Origin: Auanema rhodensis
Lineage: Eukaryota > Animalia > Nematoda
Assembly: GCA_964057225.1 (NCBI GenBank)
Contig: OZ059896.1
Location: 6,758,001 to 6,822,000, forward strand
Direction: 5' to 3'
DNA: 64,000 bases
The number at the start of each line of letters is the position of its first letter. Positions within the stretch are counted from its first letter, which is position 1. Position numbers and translations under genes: made by a program. Below, in pieces: positions 26,052-40,100 of the stretch. The notes under the pieces were generated by a model. That model did no database searches, was not told where the DNA came from, and saw only the letters and a list, made by a program, of their open reading frames with translations.

Positions 26052-28358
26052 TTATTCAACTTTTGACTTTTTTGTACCCAAGCATAACTGAATCAACTTT
26101 CTGATAATAATAAATATAATCAATATAATAACTACAATAGAAAATAATACAAAAGTTAAAACATCTAAAAGATAATATTGGAATACATTCAAATTACGAG
26201 CGTTTGATTCCAAATTTGAAATTTTGCCAACTCTGAAAGTAATTTCATGACAATTTTTTATTTTTTCTTCAAATTACTCACTTTCCAGCAAATTCAACGT
26301 GCTTGATTATTTGCTCTTTTCCACTATTTGGGCTATTATTTAAAATAAAAGCTAATTTTTCTGCATTTTCCTTATACCTGAAGGTTTTTCTTTTCAAAAT
26401 TTGAAATCAAAAAATATAGTTACGTAGGATCTTCTAGAATAGTTTTCAATGCTTTGAGAACTTCATCTTTTTCTTTCAACTTTTGTTTTTCCAAAGTTAT
26501 AGCTCCACCGAATCGAGAAGCCATTACAGCATTTCCAGGCTGATCAGCAAACAATGGAATCTAAAATAATTAGAATATTTTATAGACGTAGATGTTAATA
26601 AGTTCACGTAAAGTTCACGTGAACTATTATCATTTCAACAAGTTAGTAGATGTTAAGCGGTTGCATTTATATGATTTCATGATTATTTTAGTTAAATAGC
26701 TAAGAAAACTTACGAAGACTGCGGGTTTTCCAAGATAAGCAACTTCAGTCGTACTTCCAAGTCCTCCGTGAGTTATAAACAGATTCAGACGAGGATCATT
26801 GAGAAGGGCAACCTGTGGCATCCACTTGACCAAATGAACGTTTGGCAAATGATCAGCAATATCAGTATCTTCTTCATATTTCCAAATGAAAGTTACATCT
26901 TTCATTTCTTCGAAAACAGCCAAAAGACTTTTTCTGAAAGTTTTCAAAAAAAAAAGTTTTTTATTCAATTTTGTTGATTTTTACTTGTATTCTTCAGGCA
27001 TATCTTTACTTTTTGCTACAGAACCAAATGAAACTAATACATTTTTCTTTCTTTCATTCAAAATCTGATCGAATTCCTGAAAAACAATTTGATGAGCATT
27101 ATTCGAACAATTTTGAAACCTACACCAAGGTTTTTATTTGATCTTAAAGCTTTATCAACAACTATGCCACCAACTTCAACTGTTTTTCTATCACTTGGTC
27201 TTGGATACGAGAGATAAGGATGTGAGTTTGTGAAAATATAGGATGCTTGGGCTATGAGATCCTTAAAAATTTCATTTTCTTAAAGAGATTCTAATATTAT
27301 AATATTCTTACCCTGAATCCTTTGAAATTCTCTCCAAATTTAACTTGAATTATTTTCTCTTCCGCTTCGAAACTCTTAACAAAGACGAACTTTCCCACAT
27401 AAACGTGAAAAGCATTGTAGAAGCGATCCCAAAAACCTAGCTTAGTTCCTGCGGTTGACATTGATCCAGGAACAAAGCTGGGGAACACAGGCTCACCTGA
27501 AGTTAACAAATTAATTGGAAATGTTTTATTTTGAGCATTTACCAATAAAATCCGAAACTAGTTCGGAATATGTTGTTGAGAGAGCAGCAATGGTTGTTGA
27601 AATATTCAAATATTCAAAAATAGCTAAATAAATATGAATTACAAGAATGATGAGGAAGACGATACAAACCGAATGGGCATTGCAGCAAAGGCTCAGCAAT
27701 TCCAATATCATACTTTTCATCTCGAAGATCATTCAAAAGTTTATCATTTGAAATAATATCTGAAATAAAAATAAAAATATTATTATAATATTTAATAATT
27801 AAATTATAATTTAAATAAATAATACATACTTTTACAACTCTCAGCAAACATTATAGTAAAATTGTTGAACATCTGAAATTAAAAAAGAATTATCTTTAAT
27901 TGTCTTTTATTATAGTTACTTACACTCATCATACTAATGGGATCATTCTTCATAGCCCATAATGCTTTAACTGTTGTTTTATGATTTTGTTCCATCATTT
28001 CATATATACGTTGACTAGATGGTATTACACGAACATCTTTAGTTAATGATACACCTGTTTTCTTTAATCTAGCATCCAAAACAGGTGCAACAACAGTCTT
28101 AATTTATAGAAAAAAAATTTTTTTTTTTTCAAAAAGAATTTCAAAAAAACTTACCACATTGTGTCCACGTTCAGTTAACGTATCAGCTATTTTTCCTAAA
28201 TAATTTGAATGTGAATGCCCAAACAATGGTGAATATACAAGAATCTTGAGAGCATCAGTTGCTGAAATAGTTGTAAGTATGATATTTTAAGAAAAATATA
28301 ATGGAAACATACCCCTAATGATAACTAAACATATGATTAATGCTGAAAAAAGTTTCAT
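26052..28358 (-). CDS. UDP-glucuronosyltransferase (tandem paralogue), multi-exon
   Basis: Signal peptide MKLFSALIICLVII, LKILVYSPLFGHSHSNYL, the same UGT signature, a TM helix and the tail TKKSKVE*. Confidence 0.95.
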
Positions 28359-29127
28359 AGTTATGCAAATTGTGGAAACCGATTATAACTATGCGAAAAG
28401 AATTGAAAAATACATCGCTTATATACTATTAGGCTTATCTATTTATGGGGGAAATACGCCATTCGATAAGATACTTGTGTTTCTTGAGCTCCTACACAAA
28501 ATTGCACTGTTTTATACAAATTTTACAAAAATTTTCGAATTCTCTGACTTGTCATTCTGTTTTTTTCACCGAAATGAAAGTTTTTAAGATATTTTATAAA
28601 GATATGTATATAATAAATAATTATATGTAAAGGATTATTTTAATAAGAAATTTAATATATTCTTTGATAAGTTTACAATCAAATAAATTAAGGATCAAAA
28701 CTTAATAATTGATAAATAGTGTAAGTACATAAGAAAAAAAAAGAAATGTTAAATTCTATATGAATTTAAAGTGAAAATCAAATAATTTATATAGTATACA
28801 ATATTACATTATACTAAAAAATTAGTTTTATTATTCGGAACATAAACTAATAATCAGAAATGTTGAAAGAACGTAAATCAAGTCATCATTCTGAAACCTA
28901 AATTAAGACTTGTGTAAAGAGCGGAAGATTAAGAATAGCCTAAAGAATTGAGGAGGTGGAGCTCGAGCTTGGCTTTCATCACAATATCATCCCAGCTATA
29001 TTCCGTTTCTTGATATCTATCATTATAATATGTCTTGTTCAATCTATTCATATCTCTTCCTGCATCTCTTACTTTCTCTGTTCCTTTACCATTTATTACT
29101 TTTTCTTTCTTTCAAGCACATACATGC

Positions 29128-29153
29128 TCTCTGTGTCTGTCTCTCTATGTCTG

Positions 29154-29184
<31 letters not shown>

Positions 29185-29226
29185 TTGTCTCTCTCTCTCA
29201 CACTCTCTCTTTATCTATCTATCTCT
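29128..29226. repeat. Imperfect (CT)n microsatellite
   Basis: Visible CT/CTAT run. Confidence 0.9.
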
Positions 29227-30037
29227 CAATTTATATTATTTTCTATCATTTCCTCATCCTCCTTTTTGATCATTCCCTCAATTTTCCTCTAACAATTCCA
29301 TATCTTCCATGCTGACGTATTATCTGGATATCTGCGTTGTCATTCATCTCTATATATGAACGAGAATTATGAACCTTTCTAACATTATCATCAATGCTTT
29401 TTGTCTTTCATAGTCTATATTTCGTCAATTTCTTTATTCCTCATCATATCCTTTAATATCAACTAATCTAAATTATCTTTTTCATCTTGAATAAATATAG
29501 TTAGTTTACAAATAATATATTAATTATTACTTTTTTTTTAAATTTTTTTTTTAAATTTAAAAAAAGCAGACAAAGCTTCTAATCTTATATTTACTTATGT
29601 GAATATATTATTTACGGTCAACTATATTTTTATTATTATTTTGTTATTCTGTTATTAAAATTGAAAAAAAAGAAATTGTACTTTTAGTTCATACCCAGTT
29701 CATTTTTTTTCTAAAATTGTTCTTAATTTTCTATTTATCTTCAAATGAAAAATTGTTATAAGCTTAAGCTGTACTGATATTCAAACTGTTGCTATTCACT
29801 TATAACTCTTGTTCATAAATATTATTCTTAAATTTTTATATTTTCAAAGAAATATCAACAAATCTATCTTAAACACAAGCTCATATCATTATCTTATATA
29901 CAACAAGTGATCATAAATATTTTGCTCATCATTAACTATATATATATATATATTATACTTTATTATCTATATTATTCAATATATATATATATATATATAT
30001 ATATTTAGAAAAAAAAAGAAAGTTTTCTTCATTTTAG

Positions 30038-33000
30038 ATGGGCTGTGCACCCTCATGTACTCCATCTATTGGAGTTTCTACTAACGTAAGCACTAAGAAT
30101 CTGAATGATTTACTGCCTGAATTTGCTCCACCACCTCCTGTACCAGTGTCAATTGGTAGCGGAGTTCGCAAAATGTTAAATCAAGATAAATCTATAATAT
30201 TCATATTTGGTATGTAGTTTTAAAATATATATACTATTATTTCCTATATAATTTTTTTTCTTTTAAATATTATCAAAATCATTTAAAAATTTTTGGACAA
30301 TTTTATATATGTACAAATCAATTAATTAGTTTCCAGCATAATTATTATAAAACTATTACTATATAATTAATTTAATATCTAGATTCATTTATACATACGT
30401 ACATATATCCAAACGTTTATTCATTAATTAGAAAAAAAAAAAGAAAAATTTAGTTTGTTAGCTATTTTAATTGAATAATTTCTTCTAATTAATATAAAAA
30501 TACACAATCAGCTGATATTATACTATTTCATTTATTAAAAGTTAATTTTTATTTTATTTTAGGCGGCCCTGGCTCTCAAAAAGGAGTTATAATCGAAGAG
30601 TTACGACGTCGTTATGATTTTGTTACTATAAGTACAGATGATATTATATTCAATTATCTTCCAACTAAAGTTGCTAATACTGTTGAAAAACCAAGTGAAA
30701 TTATAACAATGCTTAAGGTTTATTTATATTTAAATTAAAATAATAAACAACATAGAATTTCAATAGAACGATACTGGAGTTTTATCTCTTGATTGGATAT
30801 TTTCTATGATTAGTGCTAAACTGTCAACATCATATTTACAACGATTCATAATAGGTAAAACATATTTTATTTTTCATATCTAATTAAAGATTTTGAATTT
30901 GAAATGAAAAAAATATTATTTCATCAAGAAAAGACGTCATTTCTTCTCATAATAGAAACATGAATGAGAAAATAATCATTTAATCTTTAGCTATCACGTA
31001 ATCCATCTGGAACGGAGGTGAATCCTTAGACAAAATATAATATAGAATAAAGAAAGCCTATATTCTATGTTAGATAGATCTCAGTTTCATGTATATTTAT
31101 GATCGAACATGTTGAAATTGGGGTTTCTACTCTTCGCACGTACGAACCATTATAATATTTCCTTTAATCAATAGTGAAAAGGAAAAAAAAGCAAATACTT
31201 ATATGATATAATATTATATTTAAATATATATATATATAACAAACAAACTTTATTTTATTTTTAGATGTTGTGCCCGAAATATCTAGTATCATGCGGTCAG
31301 AATGTTTCTTCAATTCTAACAACTTTAGAGCATTAGAAAACTTTGAGCGAAGGGTTTGTCTATAAATATAAATCGTTTAATCAAAATATAATTATAGAAT
31401 CCAGTTATGTTTGCTTTAGAATTAAATGTATTTGATGATGAATTATTAGAACCATCAACAAAAAACAAAAAGGTTTGTAAGATGTACTATGTACATACAT
31501 AAGTTAATATGAATATATAAGTTATGTTCAAATGTTTCCTTTTTCTATATAAATTCAATAAAATTGACATAATTCTTGAAACAAATTTCAAAAATATATA
31601 AATATACTTTTAGAATTTTTTAAATTTGTTTTGATTTGTTTGCATTTTGTTTCTTTGAATGATTATGATTATGGCTTCTGGCAATGATCACATTTGTCAT
31701 TGTCTGAAGTATTCATTCGATACAAAGAAGATTTAAAGCTTGAAAAGATTCCTAACCCACTTATGAAAATATAATTATAAAATTTTATTTTTATTTAGGA
31801 TAAGAATGAACCAGAATTAAGTAAAGAATTGAATATGTTTATGCAAGGAATGGATGATATAGATAAAGGAAGACTTCAGGTTAGTTCAATCATATATACG
31901 CAAGATTTAAGTTTTTTTTTATTTAATTTTCATAATTTGGTAATTTTTTCTTTTATTTTTTAATATGTTAACATAAAATTCAAATGTTCCATTGATTAAG
32001 TATAAAGCACAAAATTTAAGTTTTATCTAATACTTCTGTTACTGATTTCAACATATTTAGATATGACGTGATGTTGATACAAAAGCTCATTAAATTCTAA
32101 TTTTAACATTTTTTAACATATATATATATATATATATATTTATATAATATTAAAACTTTTATAATATTTTATATTATGTATATATGCAGAAAATAGAATA
32201 GACATACGTCAGTTTGAACAATTTCCTTCATGTTGCGATTTAAAGCTCAAAATTCCGGAAGCATACTAGAGAGAAAAGGATTCAAGTCCAAATGATCAGT
32301 TACATCCGTTTAGTTAACTGATTTTAATATTTAATTTCAAATACTTTTGATATACATAATATACGTATAAAGGGAGAAAAGAATATAGAAATATTCAAAA
32401 AAAAACTTTTTATAAATTTAAATGTATATTTAACTTTTATTTAATCTTTATAGAAACGATTAGAAGCATATCATCGATGTTCTTCACCTTTTCTTCGTTA
32501 TTTTGCTCAAACCAAACGGATAATTCGGATGACATTGAATAGTAAAACACCGAATGCAGCTAGTACAGTTAATGACATTTTACGAGATTTTGGGTTTACA
32601 TTACAACGTCAAACACATAGAATTATATTATTTGCTATGAGTAAGATTTTAAATAGAATAATTTAAAATAAATAATTTTGTATTATAGAAGAGCATTTAT
32701 TTAACGACATAGATTTGGATTATTATCGTTTAAGAAAATTAAGATTAGGAGATATTGTAAGAGATAAAACATTAGAATTGGTAAAAATATTGTAATGAGA
32801 CAATAATATACAAATAAAAATTATTTTAGAATGAACAAATACAAGGATTACAACAATATATAGATAGAACAGCAGCTACGGATGAAAATTTTGCTATTTC
32901 TTTAGATACAATCAAAAGAAATGATGAAAAAGTAAGAAATTTATTATTTTTTATATAAAATAATACAAGTTATGTTAGATAAGTAAACGAATTATGTTCT

Positions 33001-33371
33001 ATGATCGTGTTAATGCTTATCTTGATCAATTTATTCGAAATCGTAGTACTACAAGAGCACCATTACATAGGTAATATTCCTTTTTTTCTATTAATAATTT
33101 GATAAATAACAAAAAAATTATTTGTTTAATATACTTATATACATGTATGTATTTTAGAGAACGAGTTCAAGTACATGTAATTAGTTCGCCGGGTGATCAA
33201 ATCCTTTTGTTTATGGATCCATTTACTGATAAAATCATTAGAGCTATAAGTATGACATACAGCGATCAAGTTGGATTTAAGTTACATTTTCAAATCATGT
33301 TTATTGCTTTCCAGAATGCTTATCGAACAATATCTTCTCCTATGTCTTCGATACGACCAGAAGACAGTTGA
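30038..33371 (+). CDS. Adenylate-kinase-like protein with N-terminal MGC motif, multi-exon; the 3' end is uncertain (possible further exon 33579-33665)
   Basis: ATG directly follows TTTTAG. MGCAPSC... leads to the spliced P-loop-like IIFIF|GGPGSQKG and ...DDIDKGRLQ|KRLEAYH (AK LID/C-terminal DD...RL..Y motif). GT-AG phases are consistent. Confidence 0.75.
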
Positions 33372-33700
33372 CGAACGAGTGCTATGTCAACGAACCATTT
33401 GGTATGATGTTCAAGATGATCTTAAATTACAGTTTTAAAATTTGAGTTTTATCTAAAATACCATGCGAATTTCAAAAGCTTATACCGATGTTTTCCATAA
33501 AAAATAAAACAAATATTATAATTATATTTATATAATTATAAAATTATTATATTATATAAAAATATTATATTATTTCAGATTCCACCTAATACATTGGATG
33601 CCCGGCCTAGTTCAGTCAATTCATTCAAGCCAAAGCATAGAAATAGTATGCATCCAAACAGTTGACATAGCTTATAGTATATATAACTTGACGGGAAACT

Positions 33701-33704
<4 letters not shown>

Positions 33705-33777
<73 letters not shown>
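33705..33777. repeat. (TA)n(TG)n microsatellite
   Basis: Visible dinucleotide run. Confidence 0.95.
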
Positions 33778-34084
33778 ATAGAATAATGTATGTATATCTA
33801 CGAATATGAATAACGCCTTCAAACTCAAAGTTCAGTTATTGTGATATAAAGTGCCTCATCAATATGAAATTGATTATTCTTACTTCTAAAAATATTCTTA
33901 TTTATTCAAAAAAACTTTTATATCTTATCATATGACCAAAAGAATCATTTTTCGTTGATAATGAATATACGAATATGTGTATTTCATCTATTCTATTAAT
34001 AGTTTATTATCTGTATACCTTAATCTATTTCAAAATTAAAGTTTTTCCACTTTTTGGTAGGTATAAAGAACGGATAACTAATAT

Positions 34085-36206
34085 TTATAAACAAATTAAT
34101 AATAATATTAGTATAATAAAACTAGAATATGATGATGTTATTGATGACATAAATGGATAAAAGAAATCACTTGGCAGTCGTAGATTGATATGTGGTAAAG
34201 CAGCATATTTCATTTCTGGTTCTGGAAAATAAAAAAAAATTGAAAAAAAATTTTGAAAACAAATACTTGGAGTAACATCTTTGAATCTAACTTGAAAAGG
34301 TATAGGAATTGATCGATTCGGCTGTACTATAACCTATAAAAACAATATTTTTTATTTCAGTTTTTTCAATATTATACTTTCTTACATCGGAATATGTGAT
34401 TGAAGCTGTTATACCAACTATAATAATAAAATAATCATTTTCTAAACCTTGTCTAGCAAATGCTATATCCAAAGAATACAATGAAACTAATCTACAATAG
34501 TCCTGACTTTTCGACTAAATATAGAACTATATTCATTTCTGCTTTTTAATTTTATTTGACAAACCGTTGGAAATGATAAATTTGTTCTCAGAAATGGAAC
34601 TTCCCGCGAATAGTTTGATCGTGAATGCTCTGTTAATACGAATTCCGGTGTAAAATTTTCATAAAATTTAGAAGAAAACGATTGAGCTTCATCACATGCA
34701 TTAACTCTAAAATAAATAAAATTCTAATTAAAATATTAAATATTAAATTATATTACTGAATATTGCATCCTGTTGATATTTCTTGTAAAAATAAAACTGG
34801 TTCACCTATAGTTTCAGAACAATCTCCAACAGATGGTACTAGCATTACTGTCTGTTCTTGTTCTAAAAATAATATAAATCTAAATAATATTTCAATAATA
34901 TTCATACTTTTTGAAATAAATATTTGATCACCATATCGATAACCTCGATATTCAGTATTATTCATAATATTTTCATCAAGTTTATCAATATCATTCACAT
35001 AATTAAAAGATAAAACTTGTTGAAAAATATAATTATCTTGTGTTAATGATAAATATTCTATTTCCGGTATAATAGCATCAGTTATTACATGATTCTTCAG
35101 TTTAAAAATAATTAATATCTAAAAGAATAATAGTTGAATAATAAAAATATTGTCTTTCATACTTTTTTCAAAACATTGTGACATGTGCCATTAGCCCAAA
35201 CTGGTCGCCTAATTTCCACATTAAGCAATTGACGTATTACTGTCTCGATTGTAGTGAATGATTCATCTTTATCTTCATCTTCTTCATCAAGATTCTAGAA
35301 ATAATTAATGATTGAACCAGGATTTTGAAAGTTTCATCAAGAAATCTTATCTAAGAATGAGGAGGATGAATTAAAAATGATAGCTTACACCAGTAATAAC
35401 AGGACCAACAAAACTATCTACAGATAAAAGAACATTATTCTCACAGCTACTTTTAGTGAAATTTGTCAAACTTGGAACACATCTAATTGTAAAATTTCTA
35501 CCTATTTCTATAAAAAACAAATAGTTTAAAGTATAAGTATTATATTAATATACCTAATTCTTGTTGTCCTGAACAAGAATCATCAAATGTTGATGCTGGA
35601 ACTAAAAATGGCTTTGAGTTTCCGTTTTTTGTTTTTATTTGAATTATAGGAACATCGGTCTAAAATCTGTATATGTTATATTTGTTTATAAAACTGCATT
35701 ATTAACTATATTATTTTTCTTATCTGAAACTATTTCTAATAATTCAAATCCTTCATGTGTGGTTACAATCTCAACTTCTTTCAATTTTTCAACTTCTGAA
35801 ATTCAATAATTATATCTCTTTCTATAGATAGTATATAATATATTTCATTTTTAACATATGTATTTGTGTATATAATATAGAAAGATAAAGATATTTGTTC
35901 AATAAAAAGGACAATTTGAACATAGCCAAATTGGATCTTATCTCCATGCTATGACCAAACAAGGTATTGCGCGAGATCTCGTTTTCAAGACATGGCTATA
36001 ACTTGATTGCGCGATCTAAGCCAGCTAATTTGGACAACAGATCATGCCAGGCAGGTGATTCATAAAATCAAATTTTCAACTGGACATTAATGCAATCATC
36101 ACCACAGATTGAAACTAACTGTGAATTGGATTACAATATTAAAATTGAAGTTTAAAAAATAATTCCGTGGGAACAATATTGTTCAATTGAACAAAAAATG
36201 AACAAA

Positions 36207-36245
<39 letters not shown>

Positions 36246-36458
36246 AATAATACTTTGGTTATATGTTATATTTCAAAACTTACGTGACTTTTTCACTAAA
36301 CAAAATGGTCCTGTCGAAGGTAAAAAGTCAGGTCCGCGATGATATTGCACATTATTAATACAAATTTCTTCTGCTGACGAAAGGCTACTCGTTCTTTTTT
36401 CCAAATAATAAGTAGAAAATAAAAAAACAAATATATTCAATGAATATCGATATGCCAT
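34085..36458 (-). CDS. tctn-1: Tectonic (ciliary transition-zone protein), multi-exon
   Basis: Signal-like N-terminus, GYRYGDQ motif, VRFKDVT and the C-terminal PHINLRLPSDFFYPF characteristic of tectonics, then a hydrophobic GPI-like tail. An X-box lies 52 bp upstream. Confidence 0.8.
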
Positions 36459-36509
36459 TGATTGAATATGTCATTCGTCGAGAAATCGTGTTTGTTAAGC
36501 GAGAAAATC

Positions 36510-36523
36510 GTTGCCATGGCGAC
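36510..36523. promoter_or_regulatory. X-box (RFX/DAF-19 site) of tectonic
   Basis: GTTGCCATGGCGAC (minus strand GTCGCCATGGCAAC) fits GTHNYY-AT-RRNAAC, just upstream of a ciliary gene. Confidence 0.85.
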
Positions 36524-36846
36524 CTATGTCGTTGGTCGTTGGTAAGGCTAAGAAGGGGGGGGGGTGGTTGAGTTCTTCTCAGATTGAGTGCATAACAAAT
36601 AGAATGAAGAAAAAAGACATTCCCCTCTAAGTTTCATTAAGTTGTATGTTTTCGCATCTTAACAATTGAATACCTCTGAAGTTAAAATAATATTATGCAA
36701 CAAAAACCGATGGTAAATATTTTAATAATTGCATATATGCATTCTTATTTCAGAAAACCAATTAATTATCATAAACTATCAAATCCGTTTTCCTGAAGCA
36801 TTGTATCTTCGAGAGAGGATATATTGGATCTGAAAAGGCTTTCTCT

Positions 36847-36864
36847 CCCCCCCCCCCCCCCCCC
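36847..36864 (-). other. C18/G18 homopolymer, G-quadruplex-capable
   Basis: Uninterrupted C run in the divergent promoter region; shorter G/C runs lie near 36556 and 36990. Confidence 0.7.
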
Positions 36865-37119
36865 ATCTGATTCCCTATGTAGATCTCTGCTTCTTCGTCG
36901 CTTTCCTAAGTTTTCCTCCATCTATCGTAAGGGGAAACAGGTTCATCCCACGAATTTTCTCGCCCTTCATCATCCCACCAACATCTTCCTCCCCCCCCCC
37001 ACCACCAAAGGATTCTACCACATCAAGCAGATACTTTCTGTCTTTTCATTATAGAACAACTCCTGTATTAACCAAAAGAGAAGAAGATAAGGACAAATCA
37101 GAAAGCTCTTTCTAAATAG

Positions 37120-40100
37120 ATGTATACTATACTCTATCTTCTTGGTATTGCATCATCAGGTATGTTATTATACTATTTTAGTTTTCTTTTTAAAAAAAAA
37201 AAAAGAATCTTCATATTTTTTATTTTATGATACCATATAGTGTTGTCTGATTTAGCATGGGCTTGTATGCCTGGCTATGAACGAGAACGAGATCGCCTTA
37301 AAGAACATTTAGGAATAGAATGGGTTCAGAATGGTCTTGATAACACAAGTATGTTTAGAAAAAAATAATTTATATGTATTGTATGTTGCAATATTGTTTT
37401 AGTATTACTTCCAATTACAAAAAAATAATTAAGTAAAACATGTTTTTCTCTCGTGTATTTCCTCTCTTGAATTTCCAATCAGAACGCCGCTTCTTCAACA
37501 TTTCTTTTCCTAATTTCCATTTGGATTAGTGCAACGTTGTTTAGGTTTTTCAACTTCAAAGCCAATTCGTCATGACTATGATTTGAATTGTGATTTTTCT
37601 GATCCAAGTACATGTCAATGGAAGAACATGGGTGAAGGCAATGGCTTAGATTCTCTTGATTTCCATCTTTTTGAGAAAACGGATTTTACGGAATTCCCAG
37701 CCCTTCGTGTTGGACCAGGACCAACAAAAGTTCAGGAAGGTATGTAATTCGAATAGTATTTATATCATAAATAAAACTTGAAAATGAACTTCGAAGCGAC
37801 GTTATCCATTAATTGCTGCAATCGAACAGCAATATACATAGTTTCAATATTTAGTTGAGATGTAGTTGGTAAATATTTTGAGATTTAAAATTAATATCAA
37901 ATTAATGCTTTAAGAACCTAATTCTTGTATTATACTGTCAAACACAGATAAATTTATAGGCGATAAAATGATTTTCACTGGTGATAAACGTCGTGAAGAG
38001 CAACATTCCATATTCTACTCTTCTCCAATTGGCTGTCAGAATACAACTGGAAACTTAACATTCACGTATGTATTACTTTACAATTCTTTTATAATATTTT
38101 ATTGTATTAAAGATATTGGGTATATAATAGTGCTCGTGTAGAAGTTGTTCTTATTGAAGATGAAGGAGATGGATATAAGTTTATATATGAAAAGCCATAT
38201 GTTGATTGTGGTTTGTTTCAGCTGATTTTATAAATTTTGTTATTTAGAAAGCTAATTTTAAATATATTTCTTTTTTAATTATATTTTTAATAATCATTGT
38301 ATTATAGGAACACTTCAAATTAACACCGAATGTCATGCTGTTATTCCTCCAAGACGAACTCCTTTTAGGTGATTATTAGTTATAATATTTTCAATGTCGT
38401 CCTTGTTCTAGAATTGGAATCCGTGCTTATGATATGGCTACTCCAGAAGGTTCCTTTGTGATGATAGACAACATTTTATATAGTACAACGTTGTGTAATG
38501 TTGCAAGTAATGATCTAAGCAGCTTATCGTGATTTGGTTAACTATTTTTTTGACTCTTAGTTGACTTGGGCGACGAATTTCAATCTTTCTCCTTGGAAAC
38601 TGCTGCTGAAGGTTCACCAATTAGCTCAGCTAGCCATTTGAGTTGCTCTGAGTTCGACCAGCATTGTCGATGGAGATCTTCCGGGCAAGGAATTAAGGTA
38701 AAGTACTGAAGACAATTTGAAACAGTCCAACAAGCAACAAGATAATTTTAAATTTTGCATCTTTAGAGTTGGCGTCGTTCCACTTCAAAGCTTCCAAGAG
38801 AATTCTTGTACAACACTACTGGTAATGATATTGGGCCAAACAATCGTTATGCAATTCTTTACATCGAACAAGATACTAAGGTATTTCAAAATACATTTGA
38901 GGGATGATTCTAGAATTCTTCATTACATTGTTCACATTCAACTTTTAAGGGAAAACTAGACTACTTACGATCGGATCCAATTAATTGTCAAAGTCAAACA
39001 GAAAATTCTCTCTCATTTAGGTAATTCAGACTATTGAAATGAGCATTCATTTATATATCTAAACTTTAATTTGAAGATTTTGGAAAACAAAAGAAATTGA
39101 ATTAGAGGCATGTGCAGTTGATGTAAATACTGAAAAAGAAATTGAATGCAAAAATGTTCCATCAGCTATGAGTCCTGCTCCAGTTGTTATATCTTTTCAG
39201 AAAGCAGCAAAAAATTTTATGGTTATTTTAAGTATTATTTTGGGTTGAGTATAAATATCAATTTCAGTTAATAATTCGAGTTAAATCATTTAATAGTGAT
39301 TTTGATGGTGTTGTCATCATTGACGATATTCAATATTCAGCAACTTTATGCACTGATGCATTAAGTGTATTTGATCTGGGAGAGCATTTCTTATCAACTC
39401 CAATGCTTAGTTTACTGTTAAATCGTAATGTTCACTCCGCAAAGGTGTTTCCTGACTGTATAAACGCAAATAATAAATTAGTTATAGGAACTTGCTTGCG
39501 ACTTCTCTAAACGTGCTGCTGACTGTGTTTGGGGATCTACAGAGTCTAATGAAAATCCAGAGGTTGATACAGAAATCGCCGGTAATGTTTGGAGTGTTGG
39601 ACATGGCCCCTTGAATCATGAAAAGTTTTTCTCGTTAACAGGCAGCAGCGACTTACCTGGTAAGGAATTTCACAACTCTATTGAGACAATAATTTACTTT
39701 CAGAGGGTGAGTTTGCTGTCGCTCGTCTTGAAACTGGTGGATCAGCTTTATTGCTATCAGAAGTGATTCGATGCGTCCTTGATAGCGCCAGTATTCAATT
39801 CAATATGTGGATCACGGGATCGGCGACTCTTCAGGTATTACGACATCAGACTCTTAGTTTATCAAGAAGGATATCAGGTTTGTCTCGTTGATGAAGCATC
39901 GCCATCCCTTTTGGACTGTCAACCTGCATCTGCGGGACCTGTGGTAGTGGATTTGCCTGCAATCAAACGCCCATTCCGAATTGCTCTTAGAGCTGAAGCT
40001 CCAGATCAAGGAATGGTGATTGTTGACAACATTGATGTTCAAGTAAGTACATGAAATATAATTTGATATTATCTGATACATTCCATCGCAGGGTGAAGTC

